Source: Oscillospiraceae bacterium (GTDB lineage Bacteria > Bacillota > Clostridia > Oscillospirales > Ruminococcaceae). From it: a stretch of 64,000 bases of DNA. Made by a program: the position numbers and the translations under genes. The stretch's first letter is position 1. The number at the start of each line of letters is the position of its first letter. Below are positions 54,052 through 63,746 of this stretch, one piece after another. Location of the stretch: the NCBI GenBank assembly GCA_031551485.1, contig JAVBNO010000019.1:7574-71573 (forward strand), read 5' to 3'. The notes under the pieces are model-generated. The model was not told where the DNA came from. It searched no databases and saw nothing but the letters and a program-made list of their open reading frames with translations.

Positions 54052-54963
54052 ATGATTTTTCCGGCGCTTTCATGCCATGATCTTTTGAAAGAGCGTTTGG
54101 CAGGCGGCCCCAAAACCGGCGTGGTGCACAGCGTTTTTCGACATGTTGTAAACTTGTATTTTGCAGAAGACGATTTCGAAGATTTTTTGGTCTGCCTGGC
54201 GGCCAAAAGTGTGGACGACGCCCCTTTCACCCTGCGGGCCGACTTTGGCGGCTACAACGACTCTTTGGATGCGCTGGTGGCAAAGGGGATTGCGGTTGCT
54301 GCCAGCCCAATGGGCATTGAGTTGGGCCGCCATGTCTTCGTCGACTGGCGGCAGGCCGTTTTATGGCATCCGGTTTTACCGGTGCTGAACACCGGCTCGC
54401 CGACAGTTGGATCCAATCTTTCGGCGCTGGGGCACGCCCTTGCAGCAGCGGGCGAAAAGTGCGGGTTTGTGGGCCTTTTTGGCAAGCAACCCCTTGACCT
54501 CTTCCAGCAGGCGTTGGCCGACCGCAGCCGGGCGCTGCTGGGGGCGCTTGTGGCCCGAAACCCAAAAGACATTGCCGAAGCGGCGTTCCCATTGCTGGGG
54601 CTGGGGCCGGGGCTTACCCCGTCGGGGGACGACTTTTTGTTGGGGCTTATGGCTTGTCTGTCCTTGGCGGGACATCCTGATCAAGAGGTACTGCCTGTGT
54701 TACAATCCATCGTAACACAAGGCAAAGCGCAAACCAATCTCATCAGCTACGCGGCTCTTTTCCATGCCGCCCAAGGGCAGGTGCGGGCGTGTATCTGCGC
54801 GCTGTTGCAGGCGCTTGCGGGGGCGGAGCCGGCGGATGTGTTGCCGGGCGCCATCCGGCAGGTCATGGAAATTGGCGGTACAAGCGGATGTGACATCTGC
54901 GCCGGTATTTACGCCGGTTTGGCGCTGGCGCTGCCCGGCGGCGGATGGTTAGGCGGGCTGTGA
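54052..54963 (+). CDS. DUF2877-like protein (YlbF-like, FdrA-associated)
   Basis: About 300 aa and Ala/Gly/Leu-rich, with the SVFRHVVNL motif near the N-terminus. Assignment is by context with fdrA/DUF1116. Confidence 0.55.
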   Translation: MIFPALSCHDLLKERLAGGPKTGVVHSVFRHVVNLYFAEDDFEDFLVCLAAKSVDDAPFTLRADFGGYNDSLDALVAKGIAVAASPMGIELGRHVFVDWRQAVLWHPVLPVLNTGSPTVGSNLSALGHALAAAGEKCGFVGLFGKQPLDLFQQALADRSRALLGALVARNPKDIAEAAFPLLGLGPGLTPSGDDFLLGLMACLSLAGHPDQEVLPVLQSIVTQGKAQTNLISYAALFHAAQGQVRACICALLQALAGAEPADVLPGAIRQVMEIGGTSGCDICAGIYAGLALALPGGGWLGGL

Positions 54964-55037
54964 AGGCGGAATAACCGGGGGATACCTATCGTCTAACCTA
55001 TCATCACAACTGATTATACAAAGAATTTTGCCTACAC

Positions 55038-55076
55038 AAAAAGCCCGCCGGCCTCATTATGCCGGCGGACTTTTTA
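55038..55076. terminator. Bidirectional intrinsic terminator
   Basis: A-run, stem GCCCGCCGGC / GCCGGCGGAC, then TTTTT. Confidence 0.75.
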
Positions 55077-55110
55077 TATGGGGGTTTTATGGGGATATCG
55101 AAATGCAGCA

Positions 55111-55465
55111 TTATACGAGTCCGCCGTTGCTTTCGGCGACTTTTTGGTACCAGTAGAAACTTTTTTTCGGATACCGCTTCAGGCCGTCTTCATAATCGAC
55201 ATAAACAAGGCCGTAACGTTTTTGGTGACCGTTAATCCAGCTGTACAGATCCATGGTGGACCAGACGAAAAAGCCGCGCAAATCCACGCCTTTTTGAAGG
55301 GCTTCTTTCATCGCCACCACCGACTCCCGTAAAAAGTCAATGCGGATGTCATCGTTGACGGTGCCGTTCTCCAGAGTTTCCGCCACGCCAATGCCGTTTT
55401 CGGTGATGTAAATGGGAATGTCACCATAGCCGTGTATTCGGGCGAGGCCAGCACGAAGCGGTTAA
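55111..55465 (-). pseudogene. GH1 (beta-glucosidase / 6-phospho-beta-glucosidase) C-terminal fragment
   Basis: Encodes …YGDIPIYITENGIG (nucleophile motif) … FFVWSTMDLYSWINGHQKRYGLVYVDY… to a stop at 55111. About 350 N-terminal codons are missing. The upstream limit is approximate (+/-20 nt). Confidence 0.8.
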
Positions 55466-55943
55466 ACGCTTTGCGAAAGTCGCGCTCATCCCCCTCTAGC
55501 TTGATGCCGTAGTGGGACTTGGACTGAAGCGTTAAATGATAACCACGCAAATATTCCCGCAGCTCGGGCAGGTCGTTGACCAATGTGGCACGACTGACAT
55601 CGATAAGTTCTGATATGGTTTGCAGGGGGATGTAGTCGGTTTGCTGAAGCAAAAAATATAAGATAAGGGGGATACGATGGGTTTTATCACCCGCGTTTTC
55701 AGCCATGCCGGCGTCCAGTTGGCGGGCGAAAGCGGTATATTTGCCCTCGTCGGTAATTTGCAGGCTGTAGCCCTTGTTGCGAATGGTAATCACATCAAAT
55801 CCGTTTTTGATAGCGTCATTGCGAATGGATTTGATGTGCTCCCTGACCATGCGTTCCGATATTTTTAAATGCGCCGTTAACTGTTCCAGCGAAACGGACG
55901 GTTCCTGCACCAGCAATGCCAAAATATCACTTTCCCTGATCAT
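55466..55943 (-). pseudogene. LicR/MtlR-like (HTH-Mga, PRD-family) transcriptional activator, N-terminal fragment only
   Basis: GGGGGGAG ribosome-binding site and an ATG at 55943. Two N-terminal HTH/Mga-like domains (ILALLVQEPSVSLEQLTAHLKISERMVREHI…; LQTISELIDVSRATLVNDLPELREYL). The reading frame then runs out-of-frame into the GH1 fragment. No PRD or EII domains are present. Confidence 0.75.
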
Positions 55944-56362
55944 GCTCCCCCCTTTTCGCCTTTTCCGCCGCATTTTCTTTCCCCATTATACTGCCACCCA
56001 TCCAGCATTAACAGCATAGAAATTGCCAACTTCGTTGGCAGCATTTTGACAATAGTGACATGGCGGGGGATGGGCGCGGTTTATGGGTAAAGAAGGGACG
56101 CCTGCCCGGGCCGCGGGGAGAAGCAGCGCCTGGGCGGGGAACATATCGCACATATCTTGGCCACGATTTTGTGTGAGTTTGTCCATTTTGAAGAAAGCTT
56201 TGCGACGAAAAATGTGGTACAATAGTCCGTGGGATCAAAATGGCGTTCCCGCTTTTTGGCCGGTGGGCCATTCAAATTTTAGAAAGGGCCGCTTGATTCC
56301 CGTTTTCCTTTATTGTATTATTAGTTTAAACAGATAAAAATTGATTGCATGGAGGGTGCGCT

Positions 56363-56860
56363 TTGAAACGTGTGGCGGTCATCATGGGCAGCGACAGCGA
56401 CTGGCCGGTGGTGGAAAAAGCAGTAAAGCAACTGAAAGCTTTGAATATTCCGGTGGAGGCGCATGTGATGAGCGCCCACCGCACGCCGGCGGAGGCGGCG
56501 GCATTTGCCGAAGGCGCCAAAGGGGCCGGCGTCGGCGTCGTGATTGCGGCGGCGGGCAAGGCGGCGCATTTGGCGGGGGTTTTGGCGGGGCACACCACCC
56601 TGCCGGTCATCGGCATTCCCATTCAAAGTACGGCGCTGGACGGGTTGGACGCGCTGTTGGCCACTGTGCAGATGCCGGGGGGTATTCCGGTGGCGACCGT
56701 TGCCATTGACGGGGCGCAAAACGCCGCTTTGCTGGCGGCGCAGATTTTGGCGGTTGAGGACAATACGCTGGCACAGAAATTGGCCGATATGAAAGAAAAA
56801 ATGCGGCAGGATGTGCTGGCCAAAGATAAAGCTTTAAATGAAAAAATGGGGGAATTGTAA
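56363..56860 (+). CDS. purE: N5-carboxyaminoimidazole ribonucleotide mutase (class I PurE signature)
   Basis: Motifs [18 protein letters not shown] and [18 protein letters not shown] start at 56363, 6 nt after GGAGGG, is preferred to the TTG at 56345. Confidence 0.85.
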   Translation: MKRVAVIMGSDSDWPVVEKAVKQLKALNIPVEAHVMSAHRTPAEAAAFAEGAKGAGVGVVIAAAGKAAHLAGVLAGHTTLPVIGIPIQSTALDGLDALLATVQMPGGIPVATVAIDGAQNAALLAAQILAVEDNTLAQKLADMKEKMRQDVLAKDKALNEKMGEL

Positions 56861-57570
56861 TGGAAAAGCGGGCGCAGCTTTACGAAGGCAAGGCCAAAAA
56901 GGTGTTCGCCACCGATGATCCGAATTTGTGCATTGTGGATTACAAGGACGACGCAACAGCTTTTAACGGCGAGAAAAAGGGAACCATTGCGGGCAAGGGC
57001 GTTGTGAACAACCGGGTAACCAACCATATGATGAAGCTGCTGGAAGCGCAGGGAATTCCCACCCATTTTGTGAAGGAGCTGTCGGAGCGGGAGACGCTTG
57101 TCAAAAAGGTGACCATTGTTCCGCTGGAGGTCATTGTGCGCAACATTGCGGCGGGATCGTTGGCCAAGCGGTTGGGCCTTGCCGAAGGGGTGCGGATGGG
57201 CGAGACTGTGCTGGAATACTGTTACAAGGACGACGCACTGGGCGACCCGATGGTGAATGAATACCACATTGCCGCCATGGGCTGGGCCACCAAGGAAGAG
57301 GTGGCGCTGATTGCCGACTATTCGCTGCGTGTCAACGCATTTATGACATCCTATTTGAAGGATTTGGGCATTGAACTGATTGATTTTAAATTGGAATTTG
57401 GGAAGCTTCCGGACGGTACCATCGTTTTGGCCGATGAGATATCGCCGGATACTTGTCGTTTTTGGGATAGTAAGACGGGTGAAAAGCTGGATAAAGACCG
57501 CTTCCGCCGGGATATGGGTGGGGTTGAGGACGCCTACCGGGAAATTTTAAAACGATTGATGGGTGAGTAA
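56860..57570 (+). CDS. purC: SAICAR synthetase
   Basis: [18 protein letters not shown] and [12 protein letters not shown] motifs. TAATG overlap with purE. Confidence 0.95.
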   Translation: MEKRAQLYEGKAKKVFATDDPNLCIVDYKDDATAFNGEKKGTIAGKGVVNNRVTNHMMKLLEAQGIPTHFVKELSERETLVKKVTIVPLEVIVRNIAAGSLAKRLGLAEGVRMGETVLEYCYKDDALGDPMVNEYHIAAMGWATKEEVALIADYSLRVNAFMTSYLKDLGIELIDFKLEFGKLPDGTIVLADEISPDTCRFWDSKTGEKLDKDRFRRDMGGVEDAYREILKRLMGE

Positions 57571-58995
57571 ATGTTTGGTACAATTCACGAGGAATGCGGC
57601 GTATTTGGCATCTATGGTTCAGAACATGACGATGTTATTTCTGACACCTATCACGCGCTACACGCCCTGCAACATCGGGGGCAGGAAAGCTGTGGCATCG
57701 CTGTCAACAATGACGGCGTTATTTCGGGCTTTAAGGATTTGGGGCTGGTGGACGATGTATTTACACCGGCGCGGCTGCACCGGATGGAAAACGGTACAAT
57801 GGCGCTGGGCCATTGCCGCTATGGCACCACCGGCAACCAATCCCGCAACAATGCCCAACCCCTTGTGGTGCAGCATGTAAAGGGTGGGCTGGCCCTTTGC
57901 CACAACGGCAACCTGACCAACGCGGCCGAACTGCGGGAGGAAATGGAACTGGGCGGCGCGATCTTTCACACCACATCGGACAGTGAAGTAATCGCTTACA
58001 CCATCACCCGAGAGCGGTTAACGGCCCCCACCATTCAGGCAGCGGTATCCAGCGCCATGGACAAGCTGCGGGGCGCTTACTCCATGGTGATCATGAGCCC
58101 CAAAAAGCTGATTGCGGCCCGGGATCCCTTTGGCTTTCGGCCCTTGTGCTTGGGCAAGCGGGGGGAGAGTTATATCTTCGCCAGCGAAACCTGTGTGCTG
58201 GATATTTTGGAGGCCGATTTTGTCTGTGACATCCGCCCGGGGGAAATTGTCACCATTTCGGAAAAAGGTATTGAGAGGGATACCTCCCATTGCCAGGAAG
58301 AAAGCCGCCTTTGCGTATTTGAATTTATTTATTTCGCCCGCCCCGACTCCGTGATTGAACAGTCCAGTGTACATCTGGCACGGCAAAGGGCAGGCGCTTT
58401 TTTGGCCCTGACACATCCGGTGCAGGCCGACATTGTCATCGGCGTGCCCGACTCCGGCCTGGACGCGGCACTGGGTTATGCCAAACAAAGCGGCATCCCC
58501 TATGGCGTGGGTTTTATCAAGAATAAATATATTGGCCGGACCTTCATTAAGCCGACCCAGCGGGAACGGGAAAGCGCTTTGCGCATTAAGCTCAATACCG
58601 TCGCCGCCTCCATTAAGGGCAAGCGGGTCGTATTGGTGGACGACAGCATTGTACGGGGGACGACTTCGGCTCGCATTGTCAAACTGGTGCGGGAAGCGGG
58701 CGCGACCGAGGTGCATATGCGGCTGAGCGCGCCGCCCTTTTTGCATCCCTGCTGGTTTGGCACCGACATCGATTCCCGGGAGCATTTGATTGCCCACAAC
58801 CACAGCGTTGAGGAAATTCGCAAAATTATTGATGTGGACAGCATCGGCTATCTGCCCATTGACGCGCTGGACAAGCTGGCGGAAAACAGTCACTGCGGTT
58901 TTTGCACCGCCTGCTTTACAGGCGAGTATCCCGTGACGCCGCCGGAAAAGACCCTCAATTCCAAGTTTGACAGAGGTATTCATGATGAGCCATAA
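57571..58995 (+). CDS. purF: Amidophosphoribosyltransferase
   Basis: N-terminal ECGVFG (Cys nucleophile), [21 protein letters not shown] and a C-terminal Cys cluster. Confidence 0.95.
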   Translation: MFGTIHEECGVFGIYGSEHDDVISDTYHALHALQHRGQESCGIAVNNDGVISGFKDLGLVDDVFTPARLHRMENGTMALGHCRYGTTGNQSRNNAQPLVVQHVKGGLALCHNGNLTNAAELREEMELGGAIFHTTSDSEVIAYTITRERLTAPTIQAAVSSAMDKLRGAYSMVIMSPKKLIAARDPFGFRPLCLGKRGESYIFASETCVLDILEADFVCDIRPGEIVTISEKGIERDTSHCQEESRLCVFEFIYFARPDSVIEQSSVHLARQRAGAFLALTHPVQADIVIGVPDSGLDAALGYAKQSGIPYGVGFIKNKYIGRTFIKPTQRERESALRIKLNTVAASIKGKRVVLVDDSIVRGTTSARIVKLVREAGATEVHMRLSAPPFLHPCWFGTDIDSREHLIAHNHSVEEIRKIIDVDSIGYLPIDALDKLAENSHCGFCTACFTGEYPVTPPEKTLNSKFDRGIHDEP

Positions 58996-59995
58996 AGAAA
59001 GTGCAAGCGAAAGTTACAAGGCCTCCGGCGTGGATATTACGGCGGGGTACAAAGCGGTGGAGCTGATGAAAGAGCATGTAGCCCGGACGACGACGCCCGG
59101 CGTGCTGGAAGGGCTGGGCGGCTTTGGCGGCCTGTTTAAACCCGAGCTGGGCGGCATGGCGGAGCCGGTATTGGTAAGCGGCACCGACGGCGTGGGCACC
59201 AAGCTGAAGCTGGCATTTTTGCTGGGCAAGCACAACACCATCGGCATCGACTGTGTGGCCATGTGCGTCAACGACATTATCTGCTGCGGGGCGGTGCCTT
59301 TGTTTTTTCTCGATTACCTGGCGGTGGGCAAAAATGTGCCCGAGCGGGTGGCGGAAATTGTGGGCGGTGTGGCCGAAGGCTGTGTGCAGGCGGGGTGCGC
59401 CCTTATCGGCGGCGAAACAGCCGAGATGCCCGGTTTTTATCCCGAGGATGAATACGACCTGGCGGGCTTTGCCGTGGGCATGGTGGACCGGCCGAAAATG
59501 GTGGACCGCAGCCGGATGGCGGCAGGGGATATGATCATTGCGCTGCCTTCTTCCGGTGTGCACAGCAACGGCTTTTCGCTGGTGCGCAGCGTGCTGGATA
59601 TGAGCGATAAGGCGTTGTTGGAAAAGCTGCTGACCCCCACGAAAATTTATGTCAAGCCCATTTTAAAACTGCTTGGGGAGGTGGCGGTAAGCGGGATTTC
59701 CCATATTACCGGCGGCGGCTTTTACGAAAATATTCCCCGGATGCTGGGCGAGGGATTATCGGCCCGTATTGCCAAAAGCGCCGTGAAAGTGCCGGAAGTT
59801 TTCGGGCAGATTCAAAAGACCGGCGCCATTCCCGAGCGGGATATGTGGAACACCTTTAACATGGGTGTGGGCATGGCGGTGGTGGTGCAAGCGGCCGACG
59901 CCGACAAAGCCGTCTCACTTTTGCGGGAAGCGGGCGAGGACGCTTATGTTCTGGGCGAGATTGTTCCCGGGGACAACGAGGTCTTGTTATGGTAA
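58982..59995 (+). CDS. purM: AIR synthetase
   Basis: [23 protein letters not shown] and [11 protein letters not shown] motifs. The start is ambiguous (58967, 58982 or 58985). Confidence 0.92.
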   Translation: MMSHKESASESYKASGVDITAGYKAVELMKEHVARTTTPGVLEGLGGFGGLFKPELGGMAEPVLVSGTDGVGTKLKLAFLLGKHNTIGIDCVAMCVNDIICCGAVPLFFLDYLAVGKNVPERVAEIVGGVAEGCVQAGCALIGGETAEMPGFYPEDEYDLAGFAVGMVDRPKMVDRSRMAAGDMIIALPSSGVHSNGFSLVRSVLDMSDKALLEKLLTPTKIYVKPILKLLGEVAVSGISHITGGGFYENIPRMLGEGLSARIAKSAVKVPEVFGQIQKTGAIPERDMWNTFNMGVGMAVVVQAADADKAVSLLREAGEDAYVLGEIVPGDNEVLLW

Positions 59996-60609
59996 GGATC
60001 GGGGTGCTGGTAAGCGGTGGCGGTACAAATTTGCAGGCCCTGATCAACGCCAAAAACCGGGGCGCGCTGCCGGACGGCGAACTGGCGGTGGTGATTTCCA
60101 GCAAGGAAGGGGCCTTTGCTTTAGAGCGGGCGCAAAAGGCGGGCATTGCCACGGCGGTGGTGGCGCGCCAAGCCTACGCCAGCCGGGAGGCCTTTGACCA
60201 CGCCCTTTTGGAAACGCTTGCAGCCTATCGCATTCAGCTGGTGATTTTGGCAGGCTTTATGTGTATTTTAAGCCCCCAGGTCATCGAGGCTTACCGCGAC
60301 CGGATCATCAATGTGCACCCCAGCCTGATTCCTTCTTTTTGCGGAGAGGGGTACTATGGTCTGCGCGTGCACGAGGCGGCGCTGGGTTACGGCGTGAAAG
60401 TGACAGGGGCCACGGTGCACCTTGTGAACGAAGTGCCCGACGGGGGGCGAATTCTGCTGCAAAAAGCGGTGGACGTCCAAAAGGGCGACACACCGCAGAC
60501 GCTGCAACAACGGGTGATGGAGGAAGCGGAGTGGATTTTGCTGCCCCAGGCGGCGGCAGAGCTGTGTAAAGTGATCAGAAAAGAGGAGGCGGCCCATGGA
60601 GCGCATTGA
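59989..60609 (+). CDS. purN: GAR formyltransferase
   Basis: [25 protein letters not shown] and GATVHLV motifs. Confidence 0.92.
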   Translation: MVRIGVLVSGGGTNLQALINAKNRGALPDGELAVVISSKEGAFALERAQKAGIATAVVARQAYASREAFDHALLETLAAYRIQLVILAGFMCILSPQVIEAYRDRIINVHPSLIPSFCGEGYYGLRVHEAALGYGVKVTGATVHLVNEVPDGGRILLQKAVDVQKGDTPQTLQQRVMEEAEWILLPQAAAELCKVIRKEEAAHGAH

Positions 60610-61318
60610 GGATTTATTAAAGGAAAATGCCTACCCCGGCCGGGGCATTCTGGTGGGGCGAAGCAGCGACGGGAGGTCGGCTGTCATTGCCTATTTCATC
60701 ATGGGGCGAAGCGAGAACAGCCGCAATCGCGTTTTTGCGCTGACCGACGACGGCATTGTGACAAAAGCGCATGATGAATCGAAAATGGTGGATCCGTCGC
60801 TGATTATATACGCCCCGGTGCGCAAAGCGGGGGGCCAAACCATTGTGACCAACGGCGACCAGACGGACACCATTTACGATTATCTGACACAGGGGAAAAG
60901 CTTTGAGGCGGCGCTTTTAACCCGCACGTTTGAGCCGGACGCCCCCAATTTTACCCCCCGCATTTCGGCGCTTGTGACGCCGGAGGGCGGAGGCTTCTCT
61001 TTTGAGATGGGCATTTTGCGAACCGTTGACGGCGACCCCAATAAGCCTTATCGGGCGTTTTGGCACTATGATATGCCCGCCAAAGGAACGGGCCGCTTTT
61101 TGCATACCTACGCCGGCGATGGCGCACCGCGCATCCCCTCTTTTGAGGAGGAGCCGGAGGAGGTCTTGCTGGAGGGGGACATTGACACGGTGACGGGCAA
61201 CCTTTGGGAAAGCCTGAACAAGGACAACCGGGTGTCGCTGTTTACCCGGTTTATCGACTTGGCGACCGGCGAAGAGACGACCTGGGTGACCAACAAAAAC
61301 GAACCCAAAGATAAATAA
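60596..61318 (+). CDS. IMP cyclohydrolase, PurO-like (archaeal-type) stand-alone enzyme
   Basis: N-terminus YPGRGILVGRSSDGRSAVIAYFIMGRSENSRNRVF is typical of PurO-family proteins. It is positioned directly before a purH that lacks the cyclohydrolase domain. Confidence 0.75.
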   Translation: MERIEDLLKENAYPGRGILVGRSSDGRSAVIAYFIMGRSENSRNRVFALTDDGIVTKAHDESKMVDPSLIIYAPVRKAGGQTIVTNGDQTDTIYDYLTQGKSFEAALLTRTFEPDAPNFTPRISALVTPEGGGFSFEMGILRTVDGDPNKPYRAFWHYDMPAKGTGRFLHTYAGDGAPRIPSFEEEPEEVLLEGDIDTVTGNLWESLNKDNRVSLFTRFIDLATGEETTWVTNKNEPKDK

Positions 61319-61343
61319 AAAATCCTGCAATGGGGGTAGTGAT

Positions 61344-62459
61344 ATGGCAAGGGAACTGGAGCTGAAATACGGGTGCAACCCCAACCAAAAGCCGTCGCGG
61401 ATATGGATGGCGGAAGGGGAACTGCCCATTCGGGTATTAAACGGCAAGCCGGGGTATATCAATTTTTTGGATGCCCTGAACAGCTGGCAGCTGGTGCGGG
61501 AGCTGAAAGCGGCCACGGGGCTGCCGTCGGCCGCTTCTTTCAAACACGTAAGCCCGGCGGGGGCCGCTGTGGGGCTGCCTTTGGATGCAACGCTGCGGCG
61601 CATTTATTTTACCGGCGAAGGCGCGCTTTCGCCCCTTGCCTGCGCCTATGCCCGGGCACGGGGCGCCGACCGAATGAGCTCTTTTGGGGACTGGATTGCG
61701 CTGTCGGACATTTGCGATGTGGCAACGGCGGAGCTGATTGCAAAGGAAGTGTCCGACGGCATTATTGCGCCGGGGTACGAGCCGGCGGCTTTGCAAATTC
61801 TGTGCGGCAAGCGCAAGGGCGGCTACAATGTTGTGGAGATTGACCCCCACTACACCCCCGCGGCCATTGAACGCAAGGACGTATTTGGCATCACTTTTGA
61901 GCAGGGGCGCAACGATATGACAATTGACGCCGGCATGCTGCAAAACATTCCCACCGCCAACAAGGCGCTGCCCCAAGAGGCGGCGCGGGATCTAATCATC
62001 GCCCTCATCACCCTGAAATACACCCAGTCCAACTCGGTGTGCTATGTGAAAGGCGGCCAGGTGATTGGGGTGGGGGCCGGGCAACAAAGCCGGATTCACT
62101 GTACCCGTTTGGCGGGGAATAAAGCGGACATCTGGTGGCTGCGGCAACATCCGGATGTACTGGATCTTGCCATTCCCGAGGGAATGGGCCGGCCGGACCG
62201 GGACAATTTCATCGATGTCTATATCAACGAGCAGATGGATCCGGCTGTGAAAGCCGCCTGGCTGCGGGAGCTTACAGGGGTTGCGCTGGGCAGTGACGCC
62301 TTCTTTCCATTTGGGGATAACATTGAGCGCGCTGTCCAAAGCGGCGTCCAATATATTGCCCAGCCGGGGGGCTCCATACGGGATGATCAGGTTATTGAGA
62401 CGTGTGATAAATATGGAATTTGCATGGCGTTTACCGGCGTCAGGCTGTTCCATCATTGA
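61344..62459 (+). CDS. purH: AICAR formyltransferase (PurH transformylase domain only)
   Basis: 371 aa with LKYGCNPNQ, SFKHVSPAGAA, GQQSRIH and IAQPGGSIRD motifs. No N-terminal MGS-like IMP cyclohydrolase domain. Confidence 0.85.
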   Translation: MARELELKYGCNPNQKPSRIWMAEGELPIRVLNGKPGYINFLDALNSWQLVRELKAATGLPSAASFKHVSPAGAAVGLPLDATLRRIYFTGEGALSPLACAYARARGADRMSSFGDWIALSDICDVATAELIAKEVSDGIIAPGYEPAALQILCGKRKGGYNVVEIDPHYTPAAIERKDVFGITFEQGRNDMTIDAGMLQNIPTANKALPQEAARDLIIALITLKYTQSNSVCYVKGGQVIGVGAGQQSRIHCTRLAGNKADIWWLRQHPDVLDLAIPEGMGRPDRDNFIDVYINEQMDPAVKAAWLRELTGVALGSDAFFPFGDNIERAVQSGVQYIAQPGGSIRDDQVIETCDKYGICMAFTGVRLFHH

Positions 62460-62468
62460 GGTGGATAG

Positions 62469-63746
62469 ATGAAAATCATGGTGGTTGGTTCAGGAGGGCG
62501 GGAACACGCCCTAATTCAAAAGCTGGCGCAAAGCCCAAAGGTTACGACTATTTACGCCCTGCCGGGCAACGGCGGGATGACAAGCGACGCCGTTTGTGTG
62601 CCGATTGGCGCCACGGACTTGGATGCGATTGTCGACTTTTCCCAAACAGAAGGAATTGATTTTGCTGTGGTGGCCCCCGACGATCCTTTGTGCCTCGGGC
62701 TTGTGGACAGGTTGGAGGCGGTGGGCATCCGGGCCTTTGGGCCGCGGAAAAACGCCGCCATTCTTGAGGGCAGCAAGGCTTTCGCCAAAGATTTAATGCG
62801 GCGCTACCACATTCCTACGGCGGAATATGCCGTCTATACCCGTGCGGCCGACGCGCTGGAGGCGGTGTGTGCCAAGGGCTTTCGGTTTCCCTGCGTCATC
62901 AAGGCGGACGGGCTGGCGCTGGGCAAAGGGGTGTTAATCTGCGAAAATCTCTCCGACGCCAAGGCTGCCATCGCCGATATCATGGAAACCAAAGTGTTTG
63001 GCGCGGCGGGGGAGAAAATTGTCATTGAGGAATTTTTGACAGGGCCGGAAGTTAGTGTATTGTGTTTCACCGACAGCGAAACACTCAAACCGATGGTGAG
63101 CAGCATGGATCACAAACGGGCGCTGGACAACGACCAAGGGCTTAATACGGGGGGGATGGGTACGATTGCGCCCAATCCTTTCTACACCCCCACGGTGGCG
63201 GAACGCTGCATGGAAAGTATTTTCTTGCCTACCATCCGGGCGATGCAGGCAGAGGGAAGGCCTTTTAACGGCTGCTTATATTTTGGCCTGATGCTGACGC
63301 CGGACGGGCCCAAAGTAATTGAATATAACTGCCGGTTTGGCGACCCGGAAACCCAGGTGGTGTTGCCCCTTTTGGAAAGCGATCTTCTGGCCATTATGGA
63401 GGCGTGTGTGGACAGCACGCTGGCAGAGACGCCAGTCGTCTTTTCGACGGGGTGCGCCTGCTGTGTGATCGCGGCGTCGGGCGGATACCCCGAGGCCTAT
63501 GAAAAAGGGCTCCCCATTTCGATTAAGCCTTGCGACGGCGACCTCTTTTTTGCGGGGGTGGCGCTGGAAAACGACGCGCTTGTGACGGCGGGGGGGCGTG
63601 TACTGGGGGTGGCCGCAACGGCAGAAACGCTGCCACAGGCCATTGAAAAAGCATATAAAGCGGTGACGAGCGTCTCTTTTGCGGGGATGCATTACCGCCG
63701 GGATATTGGCAAACGAGCCATGGAAGCGATGGAGAAACAGGTATGA
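62469..63746 (+). CDS. purD: GAR synthetase
   Basis: KIMVVGSGGREHAL, ADGLALGKGV and CRFGDPETQ motifs. Confidence 0.95.
   Translation: MKIMVVGSGGREHALIQKLAQSPKVTTIYALPGNGGMTSDAVCVPIGATDLDAIVDFSQTEGIDFAVVAPDDPLCLGLVDRLEAVGIRAFGPRKNAAILEGSKAFAKDLMRRYHIPTAEYAVYTRAADALEAVCAKGFRFPCVIKADGLALGKGVLICENLSDAKAAIADIMETKVFGAAGEKIVIEEFLTGPEVSVLCFTDSETLKPMVSSMDHKRALDNDQGLNTGGMGTIAPNPFYTPTVAERCMESIFLPTIRAMQAEGRPFNGCLYFGLMLTPDGPKVIEYNCRFGDPETQVVLPLLESDLLAIMEACVDSTLAETPVVFSTGCACCVIAASGGYPEAYEKGLPISIKPCDGDLFFAGVALENDALVTAGGRVLGVAATAETLPQAIEKAYKAVTSVSFAGMHYRRDIGKRAMEAMEKQV

Noticed and set aside
56046-56345. Guanine/adenine (purine) riboswitch upstream of purE
   Set aside because: The conserved framework (UAUA…AUAUGG…GUUUCUACC…CCGUAAAU…GACUAUA) is absent on either strand. 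Only partial ZTP-like motifs were seen, and these are reported as a low-confidence finding.
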